A DNA stretch of 64,000 bases from a virus. Taxonomy: Duplodnaviria > Caudoviricetes. The stretch covers positions 1 through 64,000 of the IMG/VR virus record IMGVR_UViG_3300040801_001355, one strand, 5' to 3'. Below are positions 1-8,464 of the stretch, one piece after another (position 1 is the first letter of the stretch; each line of letters starts with the position of its first letter). A program made the translations under genes and the position numbers. The notes under the pieces were generated by a model. It searched no databases, had not been told where the DNA came from, and worked only from the letters and a program-made list of their open reading frames with translations.

Positions 1-33
<33 letters not shown>

Positions 34-360
34 AGTAAATACTTCTTTTGTTACCGAGTATGAAACCCAACAATAAACATAACATTCAGAATTACATTAG
101 CGAGTTGTTACTCAGAGCTTGTATGCTCATGGTAGCTAACGCAAAATACACACCAATTACTATCGTATTTGGTATGTATTTCTCTGCCTCGTATGTTCCT
201 ATAAGAGGACACGATTTTTTTAAATTTTTAGTGTTGTGTATTTTTAACACAAATTGTTTCTTATTGGGTTTTATGGAGTTAGGAGTAAAAAAAAATTTGA
301 AAGTCATACAATAAAAAAAACGGTTGCATATGCAACTAATGTAATTGTATTGATTTTTGG

Positions 361-394
361 GTTGCAAAGAAGAAGAAAAAGATTTAAGTTTGTA
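361..394 (+). promoter_or_regulatory. Bacteroidota-type sigma-70 promoter for the replication operon
   Basis: GTTG(361-364)-N20-TAAGTTTG(385-392), upstream of GGAG and the ATG at 416. Confidence 0.7.
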
Positions 395-415
395 TCACTA
401 AAATTGGAGAGGGCA

Positions 416-661
416 ATGAAATTTTTAGCACAGTATTACATATTACTGAATGGCGACGACAAAGAAACGATAAGAGAAACAAAGCAGTTTGTCTACCCAA
501 CATTAGATAAAGTTAAGATTGCTGTTATAGAAGACGTTATAGAATCAGTTAAAAATGGTTGGGTGCACACAAATGGCCCGACAACATACGGCATACCACC
601 ACACAATATAAAGGAAATTTCAGTAAGTATTGCAGAAATAGAGGAGGACGATAATGAGTAA
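416..661 (+). CDS. hypothetical protein (81 aa)
   Basis: Start moved from 254 to ATG 416 (SD ggagaggg, promoter just upstream); overlaps the next gene. Confidence 0.7.
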   Translation: MKFLAQYYILLNGDDKETIRETKQFVYPTLDKVKIAVIEDVIESVKNGWVHTNGPTTYGIPPHNIKEISVSIAEIEEDDNE

Positions 662-893
662 TGATAAGATTATAACACGAAGCATCAGGACTACGGTAGA
701 ACGCGAAGAGAATCACCAGCGTTATGCAGCTACATTTGACGGGCAGTCGTTATTAATAGCTAACCTTATATATGGTGAGCATCGCAACGAAATATCATTT
801 AACAATATAGATGATGTTACATTCATCAAGAATGCTCTGGACGATATATTGGAAGTTTATAATGATATAAAAGAGGAGGAAGTCAATGAGTAG
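654..893 (+). CDS. hypothetical protein
   Basis: SD gaggagg; coupled overlaps on both sides. Confidence 0.75.
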   Translation: MSNDKIITRSIRTTVEREENHQRYAATFDGQSLLIANLIYGEHRNEISFNNIDDVTFIKNALDDILEVYNDIKEEEVNE

Positions 894-1218
894 TAAAAGT
901 GCGAGAGCAATTGAAAAGGCACATAGGAAGGCCATGATGAGTAAAGGCGCAGCGGCAATTGAGAAGGCGCACAGAAAGGTAGAACGGATTAAAGAGAGGA
1001 TGGAAATAATTGGAGAAATATTGGCCGAGTTAAAGGACGAGAATGCAGCCGACTACCTTGTTGGGGTTGCGTTTAAGACATCCAGCTACCTTCTTTTCGA
1101 CCCGAAAGATAGACGCAGATTTATAGGGGCGGTTGAACGTGAGCTTGATGATGCGTGGCACGAGTTAAATGCAGAGTTAGATAATATAGACATTGATAAA
1201 ATTATGGAGGAAGAATGA
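886..1218 (+). CDS. hypothetical helical protein with duplicated AIEKAHRK motif
   Basis: SD gaggagg; internal 8-aa duplication; ATGA overlap with the next gene. Confidence 0.75.
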   Translation: MSSKSARAIEKAHRKAMMSKGAAAIEKAHRKVERIKERMEIIGEILAELKDENAADYLVGVAFKTSSYLLFDPKDRRRFIGAVERELDDAWHELNAELDNIDIDKIMEEE

Positions 1219-1838
1219 AGTATTTAAAGCGATGGCCTGTTGTTAGCACTTCCCACACTGAACTAAGCCCACGGCAACGGTGTGTATTGAGTGTATTGCA
1301 ATCAAACAATAATGTGACGATGCAACAGATGAGCTTGATAGCCAACATGGATATCCGTGATGTTGATACGACATTACGATGTTTATCGTCCCTTGGGTTT
1401 TTGTCTAAAAGAAGAAAAGGAACTACGGATAATATATTAGGATTGTATCGTGTTAAAGAAAAGCTTGAGCACATTGAATTAAACGGCTCGCAAGAATTGG
1501 GGGAATATGGCGACGTTTATATAGAATTGGCTCAATTATTTTACAAGAGGTTATTAAGTAGGTTTAAGTATAGAGGCGTGCAGTATAACGATTCGACGTG
1601 GCCTAATGAGATGCGTAAGATACATATCATAGATGGCCACTCAATCTCTCTTATAAGAAGCGTAATCTTCTTCACATTTGATGACGACTTTTGGCGGGAC
1701 ACCGTAATGTCGCCAGCGTCTTTAAGGCGTAACTTCAATACGATATTAGGGCAGTTAGAAAGAAAGGCATCTAAAGAAGACCAATTGCGCAAGCAACGAG
1801 CAACACAAATTGACAGTAAGATAAAAGATTTACTATAA
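1215..1838 (+). CDS. phage replication initiator (lambda O/replisome-organiser-like), N-terminal winged HTH
   Basis: C-terminal DDFWRDTVMSPASLRRNF resembles the FW..I.S..KLR motif of phage initiators; directly upstream of the helicase. Confidence 0.65.
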   Translation: MKYLKRWPVVSTSHTELSPRQRCVLSVLQSNNNVTMQQMSLIANMDIRDVDTTLRCLSSLGFLSKRRKGTTDNILGLYRVKEKLEHIELNGSQELGEYGDVYIELAQLFYKRLLSRFKYRGVQYNDSTWPNEMRKIHIIDGHSISLIRSVIFFTFDDDFWRDTVMSPASLRRNFNTILGQLERKASKEDQLRKQRATQIDSKIKDLL

Positions 1839-1845
1839 GGCTACT

Positions 1846-3261
1846 ATGAACAATATGTCTGACATAGATAACTTAAATGCGTTTCACGTGGAACACATAG
1901 AGTTAGAAACATTATATAACGTTATATCGTCTCCAACATCTTTTAATGAGCGGATGGCTTACTTAGAAGGGACTATTTCCAGATATGGCATTGATATATT
2001 TTACAGCAAGGTATCTCGTTATTTTTATGACGTTATCGCCGAATTAGGGAATGAGCATGACACTGTAGATACAATGAGAGTTGTTGAAGCAGTGCGCAGC
2101 TCCAATAAGTTTACCTTAGAATGGAAGAAGGAATTAATAGGCTCTATACAAGATGTAATGAAAAGAGGCAACCCAACGACGCCTATAGAAACCTCATGCG
2201 AGTATTTGGTTGAGTATGCCAGACAGAGGAAATTAGCTAATTTAGCTATAAATGATATTATAAACGGGCTATCAATTGGGCTTGATTCTATTGATATTGC
2301 GTCACTAATAAACAACAAATTGGACGACCCATTATTAATGGCGGAATCTGACGTGGCATCACCGATAGATGTATTAGACAACTTAATATCAGTTATAGAC
2401 GTAAGGAGGAAAGACCCCAAGGCAGTCGTAGGCGTCCCAACTGGATTGCCTTCATTAGATGAAATAACCTTGGGGTTTCAGCCAAGCGACTTAATATATA
2501 TCGCAGGTCGCCCATCAATGGGGAAGACGGCATTAGCTTTATCTATAATGCTGAATATGATACTCGAAGGCATACCCGTTGGATTCTTTTCGTTAGAGAT
2601 GACAAAAGACTCATTATACGTAAGACTACTTTCAATACTAACTAAAATACCCGTTGAAGATGTTATGCGAGGCGCAGTAACGCAAGAACAATACGATAAA
2701 TTAAAAGATGCCGCTGCTAAGTTAAAAGAGCTGCCGCTTTATATAGACGACACGCCTGGCGTGACAGCTGAGTACATACGCTCTGTGACTTATATGTGGA
2801 AGAGAATGCACGGAATCAAATGTGCTTTTGTCGATTACATTGGACTCGTCACACCGTTGAAGAAATTGGAGTCCAGAGAACGAGATGTAGCTCATGCAAG
2901 CCAATCATTCAAGTCCACGGCTAAAAAGTTTAATATACCAATGGTGATATTGTCGCAATTAAATCGCGCACTTGAGCAACGTGCAGATAGAAGGCCAATA
3001 CTCTCAGACCTACGAGAGTCTGGCTCCATTGAGCAGGACGCTGACGTAGTGATATTTGTTCATCGTGACGAAATGTATCGCAGCAAAAAAGAATCAGCGA
3101 TGCCAAATGAATGGGTTGACCCAGACACAGGGGAGTATGTAGAAAAAGATAGTGTTGACCAAAACGCAGAAGTTATAGTAGCTAAGCAACGTAATGGTAA
3201 ATTGGGTGACGTTAAGATGTACTACAAAAAAAGATACACATTATTTACAGAAAACAGATAA
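1846..3261 (+). CDS. dnaB: replicative DNA helicase DnaB
   Basis: GRPSMGKT Walker A, FFSLEM, VDYIGL, SQLNR, SDLRESGSIEQDADVV, KQRNG. Confidence 0.97.
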   Translation: MNNMSDIDNLNAFHVEHIELETLYNVISSPTSFNERMAYLEGTISRYGIDIFYSKVSRYFYDVIAELGNEHDTVDTMRVVEAVRSSNKFTLEWKKELIGSIQDVMKRGNPTTPIETSCEYLVEYARQRKLANLAINDIINGLSIGLDSIDIASLINNKLDDPLLMAESDVASPIDVLDNLISVIDVRRKDPKAVVGVPTGLPSLDEITLGFQPSDLIYIAGRPSMGKTALALSIMLNMILEGIPVGFFSLEMTKDSLYVRLLSILTKIPVEDVMRGAVTQEQYDKLKDAAAKLKELPLYIDDTPGVTAEYIRSVTYMWKRMHGIKCAFVDYIGLVTPLKKLESRERDVAHASQSFKSTAKKFNIPMVILSQLNRALEQRADRRPILSDLRESGSIEQDADVVIFVHRDEMYRSKKESAMPNEWVDPDTGEYVEKDSVDQNAEVIVAKQRNGKLGDVKMYYKKRYTLFTENR

Positions 3262-3270
3262 GGAGAGATT

Positions 3271-3423
3271 ATGAAAGAGAGGACGCTAAAAGATTTAGTC
3301 GAAGAAATTAATGTCTTAATAAAACAAGCTGATAAGTATAGTATAGATATTGACCCAGAGGTTGTAAAGGATATTCTTCGTAAATACGAGGAGCAACTGT
3401 GGCTTGAGGAGATAGAGGCATGA
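3271..3423 (+). CDS. small hypothetical protein (50 aa, not in the ORF track)
   Basis: SD aaggaga, ATG 3271, MKERTLKDLVEE...LEEIEA*, ATGA overlap with 3420. Confidence 0.7.
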   Translation: MKERTLKDLVEEINVLIKQADKYSIDIDPEVVKDILRKYEEQLWLEEIEA

Positions 3424-4079
3424 GGTGGCATTTTGACAAGATACTATACTTAGATACGGAGACAACTGGACTCGACCCAGAGAAAAACGACATCATACAA
3501 ATAGGAGGGCTAATAGAAGTAAATGGGAAGGTAGTTGACAACTTTGAAATGTATGGCAGACCACGCAGACCAGAGTTTATAACACCAGAGTCTGTAAAAG
3601 TCCATAAGATAAAAGTAGAAACCATGATGAAATTCCCGCGTCAAGAACAAATGTTCGATAAATTTTACAAGAAAATAAATAGATATACATCTGGTTTTAA
3701 CCGACAAGACAGAATACTTATTGTTGGTTATAACGTACAATTTGACATTGATTTCTTACGGAAGTTTTTTAACAGGGGGCTAGAGGAGTTGGGCCACGAT
3801 ATTAAGAAGATAAATTTTGGCAACTTCTTTTACAATGGCGGGGTAGACCCGTTGCCTGTATTGCGGTACTTAGCCGCAACTGGGCGGATGCCTATGCCTA
3901 AATCATTTAAACAAAGCACCGTTGCTAAAATGCTTGGCGTTAAATACCGCTCGCATCATGCAAGATACGATATAGAGGTGACCCGACAACTAATGAAATA
4001 TTTAGATGATGGGTTCCAAGATACTGATTTTAAACGCACACTACAGGAGAGTTACGGTGGCCAGGAGACAATACTCTGA
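3420..4079 (+). CDS. DEDDh 3'-5' exonuclease (DnaQ-like)
   Basis: ExoI LDTETTG, ExoII GYNVQFD, ExoIII HHARYD. Confidence 0.9.
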   Translation: MRWHFDKILYLDTETTGLDPEKNDIIQIGGLIEVNGKVVDNFEMYGRPRRPEFITPESVKVHKIKVETMMKFPRQEQMFDKFYKKINRYTSGFNRQDRILIVGYNVQFDIDFLRKFFNRGLEELGHDIKKINFGNFFYNGGVDPLPVLRYLAATGRMPMPKSFKQSTVAKMLGVKYRSHHARYDIEVTRQLMKYLDDGFQDTDFKRTLQESYGGQETIL

Positions 4080-4761
4080 TGAATTAAAAGCTGTCGACTT
4101 TCAGATATTAGATAGATTATATATAATTGTCTACAACAAGTTGACGGAGTTTCAATCGACAGATAGCTGGGAGAAGCGACGTAAGTCTTGGGCGCAAATA
4201 TTAGCTATGTATATTGGGGCTTATGCCATGGATATGGATGTCAATAATATGTTTCGATGGCGTATGCAAAAAAGGAGAAGCAAACTTTTCCCTAACTATC
4301 GAAGACTTGATTTGCGTAAGTGGATACGTATTCCAGTTTACCCATCTGTCTACCAACTGTTAGCACATGCGTTAAATGTATATAAGTTTCAATATGGCAG
4401 TCAAGATGTAATAAGAGCGTTCATAAAGCCTCATGTTAATATGAGGCGCGTCATGGTAGACTTAGCATCACAAATAGAATATATGTGCGAAGATTTATTA
4501 GACGACATAAATGTTTGTGGCGTAGAAACAGAGGGCAATATATTCGCGCAAATAAAAGATATGCAAACGCCAATAGAAGTGCTGGTACATTGGGGATATT
4601 TTGATAAACACCCTATTATTGTGCCACGCATTACATCATACGTAAGAACAGCGGGGTCTATTATAATGGCGAACAGAGCGAAGAAAATACCGCATATAGC
4701 ACAAAATTTAAAAAAAGTTATTACTCAAATAAGGAGGGTACATGTTGAAAGAAGGACTTGA
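4057..4761 (+). CDS. hypothetical basic protein
   Basis: Long ORF; GTG 4057 preferred because of SD aggag at 4045-4049. Confidence 0.7.
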   Translation: MARRQYSDELKAVDFQILDRLYIIVYNKLTEFQSTDSWEKRRKSWAQILAMYIGAYAMDMDVNNMFRWRMQKRRSKLFPNYRRLDLRKWIRIPVYPSVYQLLAHALNVYKFQYGSQDVIRAFIKPHVNMRRVMVDLASQIEYMCEDLLDDINVCGVETEGNIFAQIKDMQTPIEVLVHWGYFDKHPIIVPRITSYVRTAGSIIMANRAKKIPHIAQNLKKVITQIRRVHVERRT

Positions 4762-5521
4762 AATGGTACGTGAATTTCACGACAAATATGGGATAAAATT
4801 TGCAGAAGATATTACTATCCCATCGAAGAAAGAAATGGAGTTACGGCTCAATTTAATAGAAGAAGAGGTCAAAGAATTGCAAGAAGCAATCGCAAAAGAA
4901 GATGTCGACATCGTTGAAGTGTCTGATGCACTGAGTGATATTCAGTACGTACTGTTCGGCGCAGTGAACAGTTTTGGGTTACACGATATTTTTGAAGACC
5001 TATTCAAAGAAGTGCATAGGTCTAATATGACAAAGAGTAACGAGAAAAGAGAAGACGGCAAGATATTAAAAGGAGATTCTTTCGAGCAACCTAATCTTGT
5101 TGATGTTATTAAAAAAAGCAGAATGACGCCATTTGATTATAGTCGTCCAGAGAAACGGCCGCCTATTGTCGCGTTTGATTTTGATGGAGTTATAGCTAAG
5201 TATGACGGGTGGGATGGAGAAGATAATTTTGGTAGACCTAACGCAGAAATACTCAAGCTCGCATTAACATTAAATGCTATGGGCGCCAAAATAATTATTT
5301 GGACAACACGCAGAGATACAAAAAAGTTACGAGAGTATTTGGACGCAATAAGGTTCCCTTATGATTCTATTAATTGCACTAAACACAACCCACCGTATTC
5401 TTCGTCTAAGCCTATTTATGATGTGCTAATAGATGATAGAGCGATCGGATACGATATGACTGTTGGGATGCGCGCGATAGACTATAGGAGAATAGAAAAA
5501 TTAGTTGCAGAAAAAGTTTAA
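4742..5521 (+). CDS. MazG-like all-alpha NTP pyrophosphatase fused to a HAD-family phosphatase
   Basis: N-terminal EEEVKEL/DALSDIQYV/VHRSNMTK/REDGKILKG; C-terminal DFDGVI, WTTR, IDDRA. Confidence 0.85.
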   Translation: MLKEGLEMVREFHDKYGIKFAEDITIPSKKEMELRLNLIEEEVKELQEAIAKEDVDIVEVSDALSDIQYVLFGAVNSFGLHDIFEDLFKEVHRSNMTKSNEKREDGKILKGDSFEQPNLVDVIKKSRMTPFDYSRPEKRPPIVAFDFDGVIAKYDGWDGEDNFGRPNAEILKLALTLNAMGAKIIIWTTRRDTKKLREYLDAIRFPYDSINCTKHNPPYSSSKPIYDVLIDDRAIGYDMTVGMRAIDYRRIEKLVAEKV

Positions 5522-5537
5522 GTTACGTATATTTGCA
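5504..5537 (+). promoter_or_regulatory. Bacteroidota-type promoter
   Basis: GTTG(5504-5507)-N20-TATATTTGCA(5528-5537). Confidence 0.75.
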
Positions 5538-5568
5538 ACGAACAATACTTGTTGTACTCTCCACTTGC

Positions 5569-5597
5569 AGGGGCTGCGCAAGATAGCGGCCCCTTTT
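5569..5597 (+). terminator. intrinsic terminator
   Basis: aggggctgc-gcaagata-gcggcccct stem (one G:U) followed by a U-tract. Confidence 0.75.
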
Positions 5598-5619
5598 ATT
5601 AAAATATCGCGAGGTCACT

Positions 5620-5868
5620 ATGAATACAAAATTAATCCGACGCTCTCTTGAAGGCATGAATGTTGAAGTGCAAAGTGATTGCGTGGACATTTATAACGAC
5701 AACCTTAGTTTTACCATGGATTTTTCGCATAGACCATTTCCATTGAGGGGTATGACGATATTTAATATAGATGAAGCGTCCGATGAGTTTGTTTTTATCG
5801 GGGGCATTTTAGAAGATTTTGCGACTGCAATATACAATAACGAATATGGGCCATTCGTTGACGATTAA
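5620..5868 (+). CDS. hypothetical protein
   Basis: SD gagg; flanked by terminator-like hairpins. Confidence 0.65.
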   Translation: MNTKLIRRSLEGMNVEVQSDCVDIYNDNLSFTMDFSHRPFPLRGMTIFNIDEASDEFVFIGGILEDFATAIYNNEYGPFVDD

Positions 5869-5891
5869 GATTTTTCCTTGTGTTGTTTTAC

Positions 5892-5944
5892 AAACAGGGC
5901 GGCACACATCCTGCCTAAGTATATGCCAAGCCGCCTTGTTTTTT
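5892..5944 (+). terminator. long-loop hairpin, terminator-like
   Basis: 12-bp stem aaacagggcggc/gccgccttgttt, 26-nt loop, U-tract; its 3' arm contains the -33 TTG of the next promoter. Confidence 0.55.
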
Positions 5945-5968
5945 AAATAAAAAAACCTTATATTTGCA
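5935..5968 (+). promoter_or_regulatory. Bacteroidota-type promoter
   Basis: CTTG(5935-5938)-N20-TATATTTGCA(5959-5968). Confidence 0.75.
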
Positions 5969-5992
5969 TAACACTAATATTACGAGGTTAAG

Positions 5993-6202
5993 ATGGCGCG
6001 TTTAAAGAAAAAACCTACAGTCGTAGAAGGAATCCAAGCAACAGCGTCTGGGGACTACGGTACTCTCGGCACAATGAATAGCGGGGATTACTTTATCAGT
6101 ACAGCATCAGGTGACTTAATGACCTTGACAGAAGCATACGTGACTGCGAATTACTATGAAGTAGGCGACGGCACTCCGTTGCAAGGCTCAGATGTTGATT
6201 AA
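5993..6202 (+). CDS. conserved small phage protein (KKP.VVE..Q...GDY family)
   Basis: KKKPTVVEGIQ...SGDYFI...ANYYEV resembles a widespread phage family recalled from memory. Confidence 0.6.
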   Translation: MARLKKKPTVVEGIQATASGDYGTLGTMNSGDYFISTASGDLMTLTEAYVTANYYEVGDGTPLQGSDVD

Positions 6203-6677
6203 AGAAAACGATATACATAAATTTATCGTTGAGTATGCTCTTCTTAGGAGACCTAACACTGTTATACAGTCAAATTATTTGGTCGGCGCTCTTATCAATA
6301 AGAGAACTGCCGCCATGTCAAAAGCTTTGGGCTACCAGAAAGGGACACCCGATTTGTTCTTCGCATTCGCTACCGAGGACTACCACGGGCTGTATATAGA
6401 AGTGAAAACTAAAGCAGCCCGTCTTTTTACAAAAAAGAACGTCCCATACAATGAGCACGTGGCCCAACAAGTACATCAATTACGTAATTTAAATAATGAA
6501 GGATATTTAGCTGTATTCGCACGAGGCGAAAAGGAAGGGGTAGAAATCTTCGACTATTACCACTCCTTGTATAAAGGCGATAAAAACATAGAGGCGCCAA
6601 ATGTAATAACAAATTATCTTGATAATATAAAAAATGCCGACCTATCTAAATACAAAACAACTCTCACGTATTACTAA
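6192..6677 (+). CDS. VRR-NUC domain nuclease
   Basis: GYQKGTPDLF...GLYIEVKT PD-(D/E)XK signature; GY.AVFARG. Confidence 0.85.
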   Translation: MLIKENDIHKFIVEYALLRRPNTVIQSNYLVGALINKRTAAMSKALGYQKGTPDLFFAFATEDYHGLYIEVKTKAARLFTKKNVPYNEHVAQQVHQLRNLNNEGYLAVFARGEKEGVEIFDYYHSLYKGDKNIEAPNVITNYLDNIKNADLSKYKTTLTYY

Positions 6678-6717
6678 AAAAAACAAAGGTGAGAATCCCT
6701 TACAAAACTCACCCTTG
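6676..6717 (-). terminator. minus-strand terminator for the tRNA island
   Basis: caaaggtgag/ctcacccttg stem (one mismatch) followed on the minus strand by a T8 tract. Confidence 0.55.
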
Positions 6718-6831
6718 CCAAACAAATAGATTCAACTTTTAATTTAAAATACCCTTATATTTGTGAAACAAAAAAATTAAAAATACACGTTGCACGACGT
6801 GTTAATGATTTGAAAGGTCTTTAAACCTTTG

Positions 6832-6905
6832 TTGCGGGAGTAGGACTCGAACCTACAATCTTGGGCGCATGAGACCCACGTGTTAACCATTTACACCATC
6901 CCACA
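6832..6905 (-). tRNA. tRNA with CAT anticodon (Met/fMet-like or Ile2), CCA not encoded
   Basis: Cloverleaf: TGTGGGA/TCCCGCA acceptor, GTGT/ACAC D-stem, TGGGT-CTCATGC-GCCCA anticodon arm, GTAGG-TTCGAGT-CCTAC T-arm, A73. Confidence 0.92.
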
Positions 6906-6911
6906 ATTTTA

Positions 6912-7190
6912 TTATCCTACATCAAATAATTGGCCTGCTCGAAGAACGCGCCACTGCGAGTCTGATAGTGACGCAGAAGATGGTGGCCTAAAACTTATGC
7001 GATAACCTTGGTCATAAGGCAAATCAACAGGCTGCCTCTTTGTCGGTTCAACGAAAGTCACACTATACTCATCTAAATTTTCAATGAGCTTTGACAGCTC
7101 GTTAAAGAACCCCATTAATTTGGTGATTTGGACTGAATCGTAAATCTTTATTAATTTCTTTTTTGTGTTTATAGAATAATCAATATTCAT
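6912..7190 (-). CDS. hypothetical protein
   Basis: SD gagg; ends 6 nt before the tRNA 5' end. Confidence 0.65.
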   Translation of the reverse strand: MNIDYSINTKKKLIKIYDSVQITKLMGFFNELSKLIENLDEYSVTFVEPTKRQPVDLPYDQGYRISFRPPSSASLSDSQWRVLRAGQLFDVG

Positions 7191-7197
7191 TTAAGCC

Positions 7198-7536
7198 TCA
7201 GTAGTATTGTTTAACATTTTTAAAGTGCTCTATAATTTTGTTCCAGTGTGGCTGTGTTAAAATTAATTCTTCCCCATTTTCATTGGCAATGACGGTCACC
7301 TTGTCTTCACTATTGTAATACATTCGTACTATTTTTGTGAAATCTACAGCTCCCATTTCAGTGCAGTAATCCGAAGCATTTTCATTTCTTTCGATAACAG
7401 TGCCGTTGTCTGCGACCTCAAAAATCGTTATTCTCAATCTACATTCAAGAATTGGGTTTGGCTTTGGCAGAAATATCTGCTTTAATTTTTGCGATAGTGT
7501 CGTCCAGAAATTCGAGTTCCTTTTTGTTTGGGACAT
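7198..7536 (-). CDS. hypothetical protein
   Basis: SD aggaagg before ATG 7536; overlaps the upstream gene by 92 nt. Confidence 0.65.
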   Translation of the reverse strand: MSQTKRNSNFWTTLSQKLKQIFLPKPNPILECRLRITIFEVADNGTVIERNENASDYCTEMGAVDFTKIVRMYYNSEDKVTVIANENGEELILTQPHWNKIIEHFKNVKQYY

Positions 7537-8041
7537 AAAACCTTCCTATTTGTTCAGAAAATTTGTGCATATAAATAATGTGGTACTTTTTTAGGTTGCC
7601 GCGCTTTAAGCTTTTAAACTTTCTGCTGCGTGCAGTAGGTGACGCCATATCTATTAATAAACCAATATTATCTGGTGTCACTATTACGAAGTCAATTCCC
7701 TGTCCCAAGTCTAAAGCGTGCGACCTAAGTATTAGCCACTCTTTTCTGTGTTCACGCAATAAGGCGTAAAAATAATCCTCTCTAATAAAACTCGGATAAA
7801 CCCGACATAGTCTTGCGACAAGACCTGGCATCTCATCTTCTTCGATGTTAAGTTTGTTTTGTTCGATATAACCATTAACAAATTCTTCTTGCGTAGGCGG
7901 TCGCTCTGTCTTGGGGTCAACCATTAAGTCGTATGCTAAACGAAATGCAGGAAATCGTTTCTTTTCAACCTTATCTTCACGTAATTGAGAAAAGCGTAGT
8001 TCGCTCTTTTTTAAAAAATCTCTCCACTGATTTAAATCCAT
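7445..8041 (-). CDS. putative PD-(D/E)XK restriction-endonuclease-like nuclease (TaqI-family-like motifs)
   Basis: GLVARLCRVYPSFIRE...RSHALDLGQGIDFVI...IDM; has its own promoter and SD. Confidence 0.5.
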   Translation of the reverse strand: MDLNQWRDFLKKSELRFSQLREDKVEKKRFPAFRLAYDLMVDPKTERPPTQEEFVNGYIEQNKLNIEEDEMPGLVARLCRVYPSFIREDYFYALLREHRKEWLILRSHALDLGQGIDFVIVTPDNIGLLIDMASPTARSRKFKSLKRGNLKKYHIIYMHKFSEQIGRFYVPNKKELEFLDDTIAKIKADISAKAKPNS

Positions 8042-8064
8042 CTTCGTCTCCTCGTGTAACTAAA

Positions 8065-8132
8065 TGCAAATATAATCGTTATAGACTACTTGTCCAAATT
8101 TGGATTGTAAAAATTTTATGTTTATATTTGCA
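8065..8132. promoter_or_regulatory. back-to-back divergent Bacteroidota-type promoters
   Basis: TTTG-N20-TATATTTGCA on each strand (minus 8098-8065, plus 8099-8132), centred on the palindrome tccaaatttgga (8093-8104). Confidence 0.85.
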
Positions 8133-8143
8133 CGGAGGCTAAT

Positions 8144-8464
8144 ATGAGTAGATTAGATAAAGCATTAGTACAAAGTTCAAAGAAAATCGAGTCACAACTT
8201 GATGAGTTAAATGTCTTTGTGCACGACTTAGAAGATATACAACAAGCTGTCGATGCGCTATTAATTGACGGCACAAAACTCATGCACACTATAATGCGTG
8301 AAAAAGGGAATAGCAATAACGATAAGATTTCTGCGTATCGTGCGGTATTGTCATATAGCAATCACTTAGATAATAGGCGTAAAAATAATAGCGAACAACA
8401 GCAGACACTTATAATGAGTGACAATTTAAAGATTACAACCAAAGAGAAAGATGCCAAAGACTAA
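8144..8464 (+). CDS. putative terminase small subunit
   Basis: Small helical protein with SD ggagg, directly upstream of and overlapping TerL; call is positional. Confidence 0.55.
   Translation: MSRLDKALVQSSKKIESQLDELNVFVHDLEDIQQAVDALLIDGTKLMHTIMREKGNSNNDKISAYRAVLSYSNHLDNRRKNNSEQQQTLIMSDNLKITTKEKDAKD

Noticed and set aside
48-367. ORFs 48-314 (+) and 92-367 (-)
   Set aside because: Low-complexity AT-rich translations without SD, lying upstream of the promoter; likely spurious.
4742-5521. 2-aminoadenine (Z-genome) pathway suggested by the MazG-like gene
   Set aside because: No PurZ, DatZ HD hydrolase or phage DNA polymerase in the window.
6832-6905. tRNA as an attachment site marking a prophage boundary
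   Set aside because: Phage genes lie on both sides, and there is no integrase or duplicated tRNA 3' end.
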